Assembly (NCBI GenBank): GCA_965221955.1
Contig: CBDCTA010000029.1
Span: 160,001-224,000, forward strand
Reading direction: 5' to 3'
From: Gammaproteobacteria bacterium
Lineage (GTDB): Bacteria > Pseudomonadota > Gammaproteobacteria > UBA4575
Length of the DNA: 64,000 nucleotides
Shown here: positions 8,057 through 19,409 of the stretch, one piece after another
Numbering within the stretch: position 1 is the first letter of the stretch
Layout of the letters: each line of letters opens with the position of its first letter
Notes under the pieces: generated by a model
Databases searched by the model: none
What the model saw: the letters and a program-made list of their open reading frames with translations, nothing else
What the model was told of the DNA's origin: nothing
Position numbers and translations under genes: made by a program

Positions 8057-10735
8057 ATGGGGTTGTACTGGTCTGTAAAAGAACACAATAATCATTTTAT
8101 GAAAAAAGCAATACACATACTCTTATTTATTTTACTTTTTCTATTCTTAGCAGCCGGAATTGCGTTGGCTGTAGGGGTATATAACCCACGCGCATATGAG
8201 GGGGTGTTGAATAAGCTTGTGCACAAAAAAACCGGTTACCAATACTCTACCCAAGATCTTGCAATTCAATTATCACCGGCCAAGATTACTATTCAGGGGC
8301 TTGAGCTTAATAACCCTGAATGGACTCAAAACCCAAAGTTATTAACGGTTCAAAATGCTGAGATTGCTTTAAACATTAAGCAATTAATTGACAAAAAACT
8401 ACCTTTTTGGAATGCAGTAGTCAGCGGTGCAGATTTTCAATTAATAGAGAATAAAGATGGAGAATTAAATTGGAACACTTCTATATTAGCTAATCAGCCG
8501 AAATCTGAAGAAGAAGAGCCATTAAATCTAAAGAATTTGCTTAGCTTTTCGGAACTCAATGTAAACCAAGCAAAATTACGTCAACAAAAACAAGATACAA
8601 TAGAAGAAGTAGATATATCGTCATTAAAACTAATACGTACTAGCGATAGTTCAGTAGAATTGCACGGTGTTGGAGTATATCAGGAACAACAAGTTGATAT
8701 TGAGGGTTCAGTGGATATAGAGGGAGATCATCCGCCTGAGCAGCTTTTGCAGTTTGCTATGGAAGCAAAGGGCTTAGGGGTTGATTTACAAACCAATGGT
8801 TCTGTTAATCCGCTGAATATAGATGGGACAAAGTTTTCCTTAAAAGCAAATTCTGGAAATTTAGCTGAATTAGAAAAGTTTTTAGAAACAACTTTCCCGG
8901 CAGTAGCACCAGTCGATGTGTCGCTTGATTTTTTATCTTCACAAGGTAGTTATGAGCTTTCCAAGATTGATTTAAAACTTGGAAGTAATCATCTTTCGGG
9001 AGACGTTCTATTTAACTCAAATGACTCTTTTGTTCGCGCTAATTTAAGTTCAGAAAAAATTGATCTAAGTCCTTTTGTATCGGCTGAATCTTCACAGGAC
9101 GTGGCTGGTGAAGTGAATCAAGAAAATAAAAGCTCCGAAAATAAAGAGATAGAGATAGACTGGTCATGGATGAAAACATTAAATTCAGAAATTAATGTAA
9201 AGATCGGCGAGATATTGGTAAATCAACAGCGGTTAGAAGATGTAAGTGCACAGTTAAAATTGGTAGATGGTGTTATTGATATAGATTCAATAAAAGCACG
9301 TTTTGAATTAGAAGATGAAGAAAATCCCGAGAGATCATTTGCAACTGATTTGATCGAGATAATGGGCAGATTGCAACCTTTAGGTGAAAAAACCCAAGGC
9401 AAAGATATTCAATTAGCTTTAACCATAAATGATAGCAATGCGAAATTGATTCTAGAAGGTGAGGCGAATGTTAATGGTATAGCGGGTAATAATTTAAAAA
9501 TTGAAGCAGATGCTAAAAACCTTGATGCACTGTCAAAATATCTACAGACTGATCTTTCACCACATCTTCCGGCTAACGTTAGCACTAATGTTGAAACATC
9601 TGAGCATGGTTTGTTGCTTCAGAAGCTTACCGCCAAATTCAAAGATAGCGATGTGGCAGTAGATATTAAGGTAGACTGGTCTAGTGACATTATAAAAATT
9701 GATGGAGACGTTGATTCAAAATTGCTTGATCTAACTCCTTTAATGTCCAAATCAAATAATACAAGTGAAAAAACTGAAGCTAAAAAAGAAAAAATTTTCA
9801 GTGACGAAGCAATAGATTGGAGTTGGTTAGAAGCCTATGATGTAAATGCCGATGTAAGTATCAAAAAATTAGTAGCTGATAAAAATATTTTCCATAAAGT
9901 TAAAACGAAAATCGATCTTGGTGGTGGAAAGTTAAATATCAAACCTTTGCAAGCATTTTTTGCAGATGGAAATATTAAAAGTTTTTTTTCACTTACAAAA
10001 ACTGGAGAGTCTGTAGAACTTGATACACGGTTGGATGCTATTAATTTGAGCTTAGCGGCTTTAGGTGCGACAGATGGGAGTGTGCTTGAAGGTGGAATAA
10101 CTGATGTAGTGATGAACTTCAGTGGTGAAGGTAAATCATCACATCAAATTATGTCTAGTTTAAATGGAGAAATAGTAGCAGAGGTGCAAAAAGGCATTAT
10201 TACCAATGATGCATTCGAAATTATTGGTTCCGATATCATTTTAGAATTATTAACTATGCTAAATCCATTCATGAAAGAAGATGAAACTACTGAGCTAGAA
10301 TGTGCAGCAGTTAAATTCATCGCAAAAGATGGAGTGTTAATAAGTGATAATAAAATGGCAGTAGAAACGTCGAAAATGAAAATTGTAGGTGGTGGAATTA
10401 TTGATATGAGCACCGAAGAACTGGAAATTGGGTTTAGCCCTTCTGCAAAAAAAGGTGTTGGCGTGAATGTTGGGAGTCTAGTTAAATTTGTAAGGTTAGG
10501 AGGAACACTAGCAAATCCTCATCCGGAAGCGGATCCAGTTGGTATTTTAAAAAGTGGGGCAGCTATTGGTGCTGCTCTTTCAACTGGAGGGCTTTCGTTA
10601 TTAGTAGAGGGTCTTTTTAAGCGTGCGGCAAATTCTGGTTCAGCTTGTAACCAAGCCTTACAGGAATCTGAAGTTGCTAATGATGACTCTATTTCAGAAA
10701 AAGAAACCTCGACAGATGCATCAGAAGCTAATTAG
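8057..10735 (+). CDS. AsmA family protein (start probably near 8099)
   Basis: N-terminal TM anchor, repeated beta-rich DWSW units, C-terminal C...GG.I...E.L...V.LGGTL.NP. Confidence 0.8.
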   Translation: MGLYWSVKEHNNHFMKKAIHILLFILLFLFLAAGIALAVGVYNPRAYEGVLNKLVHKKTGYQYSTQDLAIQLSPAKITIQGLELNNPEWTQNPKLLTVQNAEIALNIKQLIDKKLPFWNAVVSGADFQLIENKDGELNWNTSILANQPKSEEEEPLNLKNLLSFSELNVNQAKLRQQKQDTIEEVDISSLKLIRTSDSSVELHGVGVYQEQQVDIEGSVDIEGDHPPEQLLQFAMEAKGLGVDLQTNGSVNPLNIDGTKFSLKANSGNLAELEKFLETTFPAVAPVDVSLDFLSSQGSYELSKIDLKLGSNHLSGDVLFNSNDSFVRANLSSEKIDLSPFVSAESSQDVAGEVNQENKSSENKEIEIDWSWMKTLNSEINVKIGEILVNQQRLEDVSAQLKLVDGVIDIDSIKARFELEDEENPERSFATDLIEIMGRLQPLGEKTQGKDIQLALTINDSNAKLILEGEANVNGIAGNNLKIEADAKNLDALSKYLQTDLSPHLPANVSTNVETSEHGLLLQKLTAKFKDSDVAVDIKVDWSSDIIKIDGDVDSKLLDLTPLMSKSNNTSEKTEAKKEKIFSDEAIDWSWLEAYDVNADVSIKKLVADKNIFHKVKTKIDLGGGKLNIKPLQAFFADGNIKSFFSLTKTGESVELDTRLDAINLSLAALGATDGSVLEGGITDVVMNFSGEGKSSHQIMSSLNGEIVAEVQKGIITNDAFEIIGSDIILELLTMLNPFMKEDETTELECAAVKFIAKDGVLISDNKMAVETSKMKIVGGGIIDMSTEELEIGFSPSAKKGVGVNVGSLVKFVRLGGTLANPHPEADPVGILKSGAAIGAALSTGGLSLLVEGLFKRAANSGSACNQALQESEVANDDSISEKETSTDASEAN

Positions 10736-10880
10736 TTGATTCATTTGGTAATAATAGGTCATAGAGTATTTATTTAATTGCAAACCAATGTAAATCTCCC
10801 AGCCAAAAACTATTAAGTTTTTAAAATACGCGCTATGTTGTAATGCACTAAGAGCAACAATATAAATACGAGGGGGAGAT

Positions 10881-11624
10881 ATGTCGTTATCAAAAAGTCT
10901 TGTGGCTGAATTTATCGGAACGTTTTGGCTTGTACTCGGTGGCTGTGGAAGCGCAATACTTGCCGCAACATTTATTTCAAATGGAGCAGAGATTGGGGGG
11001 AGCGTTTACTTTCCATTAGGAATTGGTCTGGTTGGGGTTTCGCTTGCTTTTGGATTAACAGTACTCACTATGGCCTTTGCTATTGGACATATTTCAGGGT
11101 GTCACTTGAATCCGGCTGTTTCCTTTGGGCTGATGGTTGCCGGAAGATTTCCTGCTGCAAATCTTGTGCCTTATATTATTTCACAAGTACTAGGAGCTAT
11201 TAGTGCTGCTGTAATTTTATATATTATTGCGAGTGGTGATGGTAGTTATGCAGGATTAGCATCAAATGGGTATGCTGCTCATTCACCAGGTGGGTATTCC
11301 ATGGCGGCTGCACTAGTAACAGAAATAGTGATGACCTTTTTCTTTTTGATGGTAATTATTGGTGCAACAGATCGGCGTGCACCAGCAGGATTTGCGCCAA
11401 TTGCGATTGGGTTGTGTCTTACCTTAATACACTTAATTTCTATACCCGTTACTAATACATCGGTAAACCCTGCTAGAAGTACCGGTCCTGCTTTAGTAGA
11501 GATGTTTACTGGAGTTGGTAGTGTAGCAATGGGTCAGTTGTGGCTATTTTGGGCAGCACCTATCGTAGGTGCAATTTTGGCAGGGATTGTCTATAAAGCC
11601 GTATTTGAAACTTCTGAGAGTTAG
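10881..11624 (+). CDS. aqpZ: Aquaporin Z
   Basis: [17 protein letters not shown], two NPA motifs, [13 protein letters not shown]. Confidence 0.96.
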   Translation: MSLSKSLVAEFIGTFWLVLGGCGSAILAATFISNGAEIGGSVYFPLGIGLVGVSLAFGLTVLTMAFAIGHISGCHLNPAVSFGLMVAGRFPAANLVPYIISQVLGAISAAVILYIIASGDGSYAGLASNGYAAHSPGGYSMAAALVTEIVMTFFFLMVIIGATDRRAPAGFAPIAIGLCLTLIHLISIPVTNTSVNPARSTGPALVEMFTGVGSVAMGQLWLFWAAPIVGAILAGIVYKAVFETSES

Positions 11625-11645
11625 TTACTTTTTATATTGAGTAGT

Positions 11646-11672
11646 AAAAAAGGCGCTATTAGCGCCTTTTTT
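11646..11672 (+). terminator. Intrinsic terminator after aqpZ
   Basis: aaaaaaggcgct-att-agcgcctttttt. Confidence 0.85.
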
Positions 11673-11737
11673 GCATTCTGCACATTCATTAGTAGCCATT
11701 CTGATATGATGAAATTCGATAATTAAAGGAAATTATT

Positions 11738-12208
11738 ATGCATATTAGGAACAGCATATATGTATTCATATTAGTTTTTATTTGCTCTGGGTGCTTAGAA
11801 AATAAAAATGATTCAGCTGTATTAACTCCTGAAGAAATTCAGCAAAGACAACTACTTGCATATGATGAGGCGGCTGCAGATCCACGACAGTTTAAAGCTG
11901 ATTTAAAGGAAAGCTGCCCTCATTTTGGAAATGCACTTTTAACTACTGCTGAAACTATTCAACTCGGAACCCGTGTATTCAATGCTGGAGGAGTAAGTCT
12001 TACAAAACGAATCTATGAAGGTACAGTCTATAAGTTACTATTTACTATAAAAGATGATTGTATGAATTTAAGTGATGCATTACAGGCAGGTTTGGCGAAA
12101 GCTGCTGAGTCAAACGATCATCATGATCAAGCATGGGCATTGCGTAATACATTGGATCTAGTTATGGGCGGCCCACCTCGTCAGCCACCTGGCGCACAAA
12201 ATAGATAG
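11738..12208 (+). CDS. Hypothetical lipoprotein
   Basis: Signal peptide ending CSGC; helical domain. Confidence 0.7.
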   Translation: MHIRNSIYVFILVFICSGCLENKNDSAVLTPEEIQQRQLLAYDEAAADPRQFKADLKESCPHFGNALLTTAETIQLGTRVFNAGGVSLTKRIYEGTVYKLLFTIKDDCMNLSDALQAGLAKAAESNDHHDQAWALRNTLDLVMGGPPRQPPGAQNR

Positions 12209-12221
12209 TTTATATTCGATT

Positions 12222-12611
12222 ATGTATGCAAAAATAATAATAATATATTTAAACATATTATTTGTTTTGCCTCTTTATGCTGGTGAAAATATCGTTACGG
12301 ATAGAGAAAGCTTTGCAAAAGAATACGCAACACTTAAAAGTTTATTACAAAAAGTTAAGACTAAAGAATTAGCAATTTTATATAAACCACAAATACAGCA
12401 AGAACTAGACCGTCTAAAATCCTCTCAAATTAGTGGTGGCGAAGAATTTAGTCGTTTATCTGAGCATGAACAACAAGTGTTTATTAAAAAATATCAAAAT
12501 AACCATTTTCATTGTGGAGAAGTCACGCAAGTGATGAAGGAACGCAGAAGGATATTATTAGATCCTCATCTCTTTAAAATCATTGGGCCTTTAGTGCAAA
12601 ATATCCCGTAG
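12222..12611 (+). CDS. Hypothetical exported protein
   Basis: Hydrophobic N-terminus ending LYA. Confidence 0.65.
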   Translation: MYAKIIIIYLNILFVLPLYAGENIVTDRESFAKEYATLKSLLQKVKTKELAILYKPQIQQELDRLKSSQISGGEEFSRLSEHEQQVFIKKYQNNHFHCGEVTQVMKERRRILLDPHLFKIIGPLVQNIP

Positions 12612-12637
12612 TCAAACTCATTCTCTTCAATGTAAAA

Positions 12638-13267
12638 ATGTCTAATCTATGCAAGGTAGTGTTCTGCAGTTTGAAGTTTTTTTTGCATAAGTCATTTCTC
12701 ATTTTCTTTTTAACCATATCCTTATCAGGTTGTGTTGCACTTTTGCTCAGTGGCCACCTTAGTTTCAGTCACTATGAATCGAAGAGCAGAACATTTAAAT
12801 GCAAACTCCCTGGTGGGGCTTTAAATGGCCGTTTAGAAGTAACCGATCGAAGTAACGAGATCGGCGAGACCGCCACCTTTAGTTTGGACTTAGGTTTGTT
12901 ATGGCGTATAGATCATTTACGTATAGGTAAGCATAAGCTTGCGATGTTAAATCAATCTGCAATTAAACCTGAGGCAAAAAGGTTACAGTTAGATAAAGCA
13001 AAAGAGGATTATTTTAACCTGTATCTAAGGAAGAATACGGATAATGTTGAGGTTAAATGGGAACAATTTGATCAGGTGAATGGTGTAGAAGTGTTAATCG
13101 CCAACACTTATATCAAGTGGGGGGATAAAGAAGAAGTGCGTGAAATCTTATTTTCAATCGATGGTGACTACTTGAATATTATTCACTTTGCACAAAATCT
13201 ATCGAATGAATTACAAACGTTTACTACAGGTGCGAAAGGTTTTTATAAAAGTTGTGAGTTCTATTGA
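12638..13267 (+). CDS. Hypothetical lipoprotein
   Basis: LSGC lipobox-like motif; start uncertain. Confidence 0.65.
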   Translation: MSNLCKVVFCSLKFFLHKSFLIFFLTISLSGCVALLLSGHLSFSHYESKSRTFKCKLPGGALNGRLEVTDRSNEIGETATFSLDLGLLWRIDHLRIGKHKLAMLNQSAIKPEAKRLQLDKAKEDYFNLYLRKNTDNVEVKWEQFDQVNGVEVLIANTYIKWGDKEEVREILFSIDGDYLNIIHFAQNLSNELQTFTTGAKGFYKSCEFY

Positions 13268-13285
13268 TCGGGGTTGGTTAGGTTA

Positions 13286-14768
13286 TCAATTAGCGCTCAC
13301 AGTACGTGTGCTTGCCCAATGTCTTAATTGTTCTACTTTTTCCGCCATGACTACTGATAAGGGCTTAGTATTCAGCAACTCTTCTAATAACTGAATTTGC
13401 TTAAGCGGAGAATTTTCAGCATGCGCAGCATATAGCGCTGAAACCACGGCTTGTTCAATTTCAGCACCCGAAAATCCATCACTAATTTGTGCCAGTCTGC
13501 CTAAATCAAATCTATCCTCAGGAATATCTCGCTTAGTTAAATGAATGCGAAAAATTTCTTGTCGGGTTTCATTATCAGGAAGATCAACAAAAAAGATTTC
13601 GTCCAGCCGTCCTTTGCGAATTAGTTCTGGGGGTAGTGCTTCGATATTATTAGCAGTAATAGCAAGAAATACAGGTTGTTTGCGTTCCGCCATCCAGGTC
13701 AAAATTGTACCGAGCACACGATCACTAGTGCCAGTTGTATCATCCCCACTGCTAATACCTTTTTCGATTTCATCGATCCACAATACACAAGGCGACATCA
13801 CCTCGGCAGTTTTGATAGCAGCACGCAGATTCTTCTCGGTCTCTCCGATAAACTTATTGAACAAACTCCCCATGTCTAAACGCAATAATGGTAAACCCCA
13901 TACGCCCGCGATTGCTTTGGCAGTTAAACTTTTACCACTGCCTTGAACGCCAATCAATAATACTCCCTTAGGTCGGTCTAAACCTTTCGGAGGATTGTCA
14001 GAAATAAAGATCTCTTTGCGGTGATCTAACCACTTTTTTAATTTTTTCATGCCGGCAACATCAGAAAATTTTGCAGTGTCATATTCAAACGACAGACCAT
14101 TATCACGACTTAATAAACGATATTTAGCTGCCATGATTTCAGGTAAATCCGATGTGCAGAGCGCGCCCATCTTCAGCAATAGCCTGGCGTGCAAGTCTGC
14201 GAACATCTTGTTCGGGCAGGCCGGTTAAATTACGTGCGAGTAAGTCAACGACATTATCATCTTGAATTACATGTTTGGATTGGTTTTTACCCTGCCATCG
14301 TATTGCCTCTTGTACAACGATGTTGCGTAGTTCTTTGATTGTAGGTAAACGTAATTCAAAATGTGCTACAAACTTTTCTAGCTCTGCAGGAATTTTTAAA
14401 TTATGACTAACAAAAACAAGCGTGTTGGGTTTGTCATCATACTGAAGCGCAATTTCTTTAATAGTACGAACATTAAATGGATCTTCCATATAAGGATGGA
14501 AATCCATAAATAAATAAATACCCGATTTTGGGCCGCTACGTATATGCCGCAATGCTTCTATGGGCTCTTTGTTGAAAGCTTGTGGCCGCATATCCTCCAT
14601 GTCGATTCTCTGTAGACCCTCTGTGACAGCCCATTTATATAGCTGTGCAGGGAACTCAATGACTAATTGAGTAAATAATTTCAATACATGCGCTTCATCG
14701 TGGGTTTCGATGACGATGATAGGAGTTTTGGATTTGATTAAGACCTTGAGGTCATTTAACTCATACAT
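13286..14768 (-). pseudogene. Ycf46-like AAA ATPase split by a +1 frameshift (pseudogene or sequencing error)
   Basis: The N half (14139..14768) and the AAA half (GVQGSGKS, LWIDEIEK, RKGRLDE) join if one C is removed from CCC at 14166-14168. Confidence 0.88.
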
Positions 14769-15061
14769 AGAGAGTTGCCCAGCCTCAGAAAGGAAGAATT
14801 TTTATCATTAAGTATGTTTTAGCATTGAACACATTCGCTATGCAAGATATTGCATACTAAAGTGTGCAATACAATGGATTATCCGTTGTGCAAATAAAAC
14901 TTAAATTGGGGTTGTAAAAAGTTATCTTGCATTCATAAGACATATGACTGAATCAATAGAAACTGTTGGAGAATCAATGAATGGGGTTGTACTATTCGTG
15001 GCGCTTAGTTTCATTATCAGTTAAAGAAATTACTCATTCTTAAATTTTTTGAATATTATTT

Positions 15062-15445
15062 ATGTCTTCTGATTGTATTTTTTGCCGTAAAGTCGATCTG
15101 ATATATCAAGGTGAGTTGACATTTATTAGTCAGGATAAATATCCTGCATCTCCAGGTCATTTGCTCATTGTTCCAAATCGACATGTACCCAACTATTTCG
15201 ACTGCACCCAAGAAGAAGTTACTGAGTTATGGCAAGAAGTTCATCATGCTAAACAATTAGTTGAAGAGAATCATAAGCCGGATTCATATAATATTGGAAT
15301 CAACGTGAGCAAGGCCGCAGGTCAATCAGTTCCACATACGCACATTCACTTAATACCCAGATATGAAGGTGATGTGCCAGACCCAAGAGGTGGGGTAAGA
15401 AGTGTGATTCCAAAAAAACGAACTTACACTAAAACGACAGAATAA
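15062..15445 (+). CDS. HIT family hydrolase
   Basis: CIFC, PGHLLIVP, AGQSVPHTHIHLIPR. Confidence 0.93.
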   Translation: MSSDCIFCRKVDLIYQGELTFISQDKYPASPGHLLIVPNRHVPNYFDCTQEEVTELWQEVHHAKQLVEENHKPDSYNIGINVSKAAGQSVPHTHIHLIPRYEGDVPDPRGGVRSVIPKKRTYTKTTE

Positions 15446-15464
15446 ATTTTAAGTAGTCAGAATA

Positions 15465-16553
15465 ATGTCGCAATCATCTAGGCAAAACGAATTGAGAGAA
15501 ATTCGTATTAATCCAATTGTCCCTACAGAATCCGTTTTGGTTTCTACTGCACGAGGATTGCGTCCCCGTAAAGCTGAAAAACCACAAGAATTAAGTACTG
15601 AGTCGAAAGTCGAGACCTGTCCATTCTGTAAAGGCAATGAAGATAAGACACCACCTACTCTAAGCAGTTGGCCGAATGAAGAAAGTTGGGCGATTCGTAT
15701 TGTCGAAAATTTATTTCCTGTATTGAGTGATCGGCAGCAAATACAAAGTTTAAGTTTTGGTTTGCAACAAGTGATCGATGGATATGGCCGACACGAAGTG
15801 GTCATTGACCATAATAATCACTCGATTCATGTAGATCATATGTCTCAAGAACATCTACATGCATTGTTTAAAATTTATCGTGATCGTATGCAAGTGCTGT
15901 ATGACAGCGATCCCCGTATTAAGTATGTACTGGTATTTAAAAATTTTGGTCCTGCTGCAGGTGCAAGTATTGCACACACTCATAGCCAGATTGTTGCTAT
16001 GCCTGTAGTACCCGAGAATGTTGCAAATGAACTGCAACATTCCTATATACATTTTCAAAAATTTAATCAGAATATTTTTTCGCATTTAGTAGACGAGGCG
16101 CTGACATTTGAGGCTACGATTTATGATCGTGAATCAGGGGAAGTGCGTCGCAAGATAGATGTTGGACAATATGTAATCGAAAAAACCAAACGATTCATCG
16201 CCATAAAACCTTTTGCCAGTCGTTTTGAATGGGAAGTGCAAATATTTCCGCTCTTCCCCCAGGCTGACTACCTAGAATGCTGTAATGAAGACCTAGAAGA
16301 TTTTGCTTTATTAGTTAAACGCACAATGTCTAGGCTTAATGAAGTGATTGGCGGTGCACAGTACAATTATTTTTTACATTCCATTCCACATGGTGAAGAA
16401 TTTAAAAAATATCATAATAGTTATCAATGGCACCTAGAGATTTGCCCTAGAACCAGCATACCCACGGGCTTTGAGCTTGGGTCTGGGCTATTTGTAAGCA
16501 CAGTGAGCCCGGAAGATGCGGCTAAAAAGTTACGCGAGGTGAATATAGAATAA
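15465..16553 (+). CDS. GalT-family nucleotidyltransferase, probably APS:phosphate adenylyltransferase (ADP sulfurylase)
   Basis: CPFC.GNE, GYGRHEV, FKNFG..AGASIAHTHSQ, GFELGSG. The family is secure; the APAT call rests on my recollection of the N-terminus and on aprA context. Confidence 0.75.
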   Translation: MSQSSRQNELREIRINPIVPTESVLVSTARGLRPRKAEKPQELSTESKVETCPFCKGNEDKTPPTLSSWPNEESWAIRIVENLFPVLSDRQQIQSLSFGLQQVIDGYGRHEVVIDHNNHSIHVDHMSQEHLHALFKIYRDRMQVLYDSDPRIKYVLVFKNFGPAAGASIAHTHSQIVAMPVVPENVANELQHSYIHFQKFNQNIFSHLVDEALTFEATIYDRESGEVRRKIDVGQYVIEKTKRFIAIKPFASRFEWEVQIFPLFPQADYLECCNEDLEDFALLVKRTMSRLNEVIGGAQYNYFLHSIPHGEEFKKYHNSYQWHLEICPRTSIPTGFELGSGLFVSTVSPEDAAKKLREVNIE

Positions 16554-16657
16554 GAAAATTAAGTGTCTAGCCATGTGTTTTCTATAGTAAAATACTAGGC
16601 AATAACAAATAACAAAATGAATCACTCAAGATTCTAAATTAAAACTCATAGCGACTT

Positions 16658-18229
16658 ATGTGGTACAACTTTCCACAATCAAGATTAATCCAAATCTATA
16701 AAATTCTCACACTGACAGTTCTTCTGTTATTTGTTTGTGTGTCATGTACGACACTTGGTCCAGATTTTGAAACTCCAAAAGCGGATGTGTCTGATAGCTG
16801 GATTGACAGCACTTCTTCTAATATAAATACAAAAGAAAATAATCTAGAAAACTGGTGGAAAGTATTCAATGACCCTATCCTCGATTCTTTAATTTCTTCT
16901 GCATATAAGCAAAATTTAAGTTTACAAGTTGCTGGTTTACGCGTGCTTGAGGCACGTGCACAGTTAGGTATTGCAGTGGGTAATTTATATCCACAAAAAC
17001 AACAAGCAAGAGGGGGTGCAACTTATAACACCCTTAGTGAAAATGCGGCTAACACTGTCCAAGGTGACTTGGATTATTGGAATTATGATTCTGGTTTTGA
17101 TATTGCTTGGGAATTAGATTTTTGGGGAAAGTTCAAGCGCGGAATAGAGTCTGCAGATGCGAGCTTATTAGCAAGTATGGCAGATTATGATGACTTTTTA
17201 GTAAGTCTACTTGCAGAAGTGGCAAATGCTTATGTTGCGATTCGCACTTTTGAAAAACGTATCCAACTTGCCGAAGAAAATGTGGAGCTGCAACAACATA
17301 GCTTGCGTATTACTGAAGTACGTTTTGAGAATGGGGCAACAACTGAGCTAGATGTGCAACAAGCGAAAACATTACTACGCAACACCCAAGCGTCAATTCC
17401 TCAGTTAAGAGCAGGAAATCGACAAGCCCGCCATGCCCTAAGTACTTTATTAGGGAAACCTCCTGAAGAGCTGAATGTAATTTTAGATGGCGCGATTGAA
17501 ATTCCTGCAGCGCCTCTCGAAGTTGCGGCTGGAATACCTGCAGAATTATTACGTAGGCGGCCCGACATTCGAAGAGCAGAATTTGAAACCGCAGCGCAAA
17601 GTGCATTAATTGGAGTGGCAAAGGCGGACCTTTATCCAAGTTTTTCTTTGGTGGGTTCACTAGGCCTGAAATCAAGTAGTAAAACCAATACAACGCGCAG
17701 CGGTGAAGATGGTGCTGATGAGTTATTTGATAGTGATAGCATAGAGTTTTTTGGTGGACCGTCTTTTAGTTGGAATATTTTCAACTATGGCCGCATTAAA
17801 AACCAAGTACGTGTACAAGATGCACGTTTTCAGCAGTTGCTTATCAACTATCAAGATACTGTATTACGCGCTGCTCGTGAGGTTGAAGATTCTATGGTAG
17901 GTTTTTTACAAGCGAGGCAAGCTGAAGAATACTTAAGTGAAAGTGTTGCAGCTGCATCACGTTCGGTTGAGCTAGCACTTATTCAATATCGAGATGGCGT
18001 TGAAAATTATCAACGTGTAATTGATACACAGACTTCACTTGTAAGTCAGCAAGATATATGGACTCAAACGCGTGGAAGTATCGCAACGAATCTAATCGAG
18101 ATGTATAGAGCCTTAGGCGGGGGTTGGCAAATTCGCCAAGCCAAAGGAAAGAATGAAAATTATGTGCCAGAAAATATAAAAAACAAAATGCGTGAAAGAA
18201 CAGATTGGGGAAAGTATTTAGACCAATAA
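16658..18229 (+). CDS. RND efflux outer-membrane lipoprotein (NodT/OprM family)
   Basis: Lipobox, WELDFWGK, P.ELLRRRPDIRRAE, YRALGGGW. Confidence 0.93.
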   Translation: MWYNFPQSRLIQIYKILTLTVLLLFVCVSCTTLGPDFETPKADVSDSWIDSTSSNINTKENNLENWWKVFNDPILDSLISSAYKQNLSLQVAGLRVLEARAQLGIAVGNLYPQKQQARGGATYNTLSENAANTVQGDLDYWNYDSGFDIAWELDFWGKFKRGIESADASLLASMADYDDFLVSLLAEVANAYVAIRTFEKRIQLAEENVELQQHSLRITEVRFENGATTELDVQQAKTLLRNTQASIPQLRAGNRQARHALSTLLGKPPEELNVILDGAIEIPAAPLEVAAGIPAELLRRRPDIRRAEFETAAQSALIGVAKADLYPSFSLVGSLGLKSSSKTNTTRSGEDGADELFDSDSIEFFGGPSFSWNIFNYGRIKNQVRVQDARFQQLLINYQDTVLRAAREVEDSMVGFLQARQAEEYLSESVAAASRSVELALIQYRDGVENYQRVIDTQTSLVSQQDIWTQTRGSIATNLIEMYRALGGGWQIRQAKGKNENYVPENIKNKMRERTDWGKYLDQ

Positions 18230-18254
18230 TAGTTTTTCTGTAGAGGAAGTTAAT

Positions 18255-19397
18255 ATGAATATGACAATAATAAAAAAACATATACTTACTGCAGAAAAAA
18301 TTACAATATTTCTAATTTTTGTCTCCTTGCTTGTTGCATGTTCTAAAGAAGAAGTTGTAGAAGAAGAGCCGATACGTCCAGTGCGTGCTATGCAAGTATC
18401 TGATGTCTCACAACTAGGATCACGCACATTTCCTGGCCGAGCACAGCCCACACAAGAAGTAGATTTGGCCTTTCGAGTATCCGGACCATTGATTGACTTC
18501 CCAGTAAAAATCGGGGATCAAGTAAAAGTGGGTGATGTCGTCGCTAGAATAGATCCCAGAGATTTCCAAGTCAGCGCAGAAGCGGTAAAAGGTAATTTAC
18601 AAGAAGCACAAGCTGCATTTAGAAGAGCAGCGAATGATTATCAGCGCGAATTAAATATTTTAAAACAAGAACCCGGTGCAACGAGTAAAGCTGCTGTAGA
18701 CCGTAAGCGTGAAGAACGCGATCGTGCTGCTGCTAATATTAAGTCCTTACAGGCTTCACTTACTTCAGCACAGGATCAATTGGAATACACATTTTTAAAA
18801 GCACCATTTGATGGTGTCGTCGTATCTACTTTTGTAGAAAATTTTGAGGATGTCAATGCTAGACAAGCTATTTTAAGAATATTAGATGACTCGCGTATCG
18901 AAATGATCGTGAATATTCCCGAAAATTTAATCTCATATGCACAATATGTGAAAAAAGTGTTTGTGAGTTTTGATGCATTCCCTGAAAACGAGCTTGAGGC
19001 AACCATAAAAGAAATCGGCACTGAAGCCTCTTCTACTACGCGCACATATCCGGTTACCTTGATTATGGATCAACCTAGGGAGTTTAAGATTTTGCCTGGC
19101 ATGGCAGGCAAAACATTGCGTGCAGAAATGACTTCGCCTGATATTTTAAAAGAGGTTGGGCAAGAGGGAATTGAAATTCCAATCAGTGCTACTTTTACTT
19201 CAAGTGAGGCAGATCAAACTTACGTTTGGATCATCGATGAAGCAAAAAATAGTGTTTCAAAAAGAGCTATTGTAACGGGTGCGCTAACAGATAGCGGTAT
19301 CCGTGTAACTGAAGGTCTTTCGCCGGGTGAATGGATCGCGATAGCAGGCGTGAACTATTTAAGTGAAGGTCAAAAAATAACTATTCTAGAAGAATAA
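18255..19397 (+). CDS. RND efflux periplasmic adaptor
   Basis: LVAC lipobox, LAFRVSG, LKAPFDGVV, TRTYPV, LPGM. Confidence 0.93.
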   Translation: MNMTIIKKHILTAEKITIFLIFVSLLVACSKEEVVEEEPIRPVRAMQVSDVSQLGSRTFPGRAQPTQEVDLAFRVSGPLIDFPVKIGDQVKVGDVVARIDPRDFQVSAEAVKGNLQEAQAAFRRAANDYQRELNILKQEPGATSKAAVDRKREERDRAAANIKSLQASLTSAQDQLEYTFLKAPFDGVVVSTFVENFEDVNARQAILRILDDSRIEMIVNIPENLISYAQYVKKVFVSFDAFPENELEATIKEIGTEASSTTRTYPVTLIMDQPREFKILPGMAGKTLRAEMTSPDILKEVGQEGIEIPISATFTSSEADQTYVWIIDEAKNSVSKRAIVTGALTDSGIRVTEGLSPGEWIAIAGVNYLSEGQKITILEE

Positions 19398-19409
19398 AAA
19401 GGCAATCAA

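Noticed and set aside
14160-14175. Programmed ribosomal frameshift in the AAA ATPase
   Set aside because: No slippery sequence or stimulatory element is visible; a simple insertion explains it
14944-15024. 26-aa ORF MTESIETVGESMNGVVLFVALSFIIS
   Set aside because: Very short, weak RBS and no supporting signals
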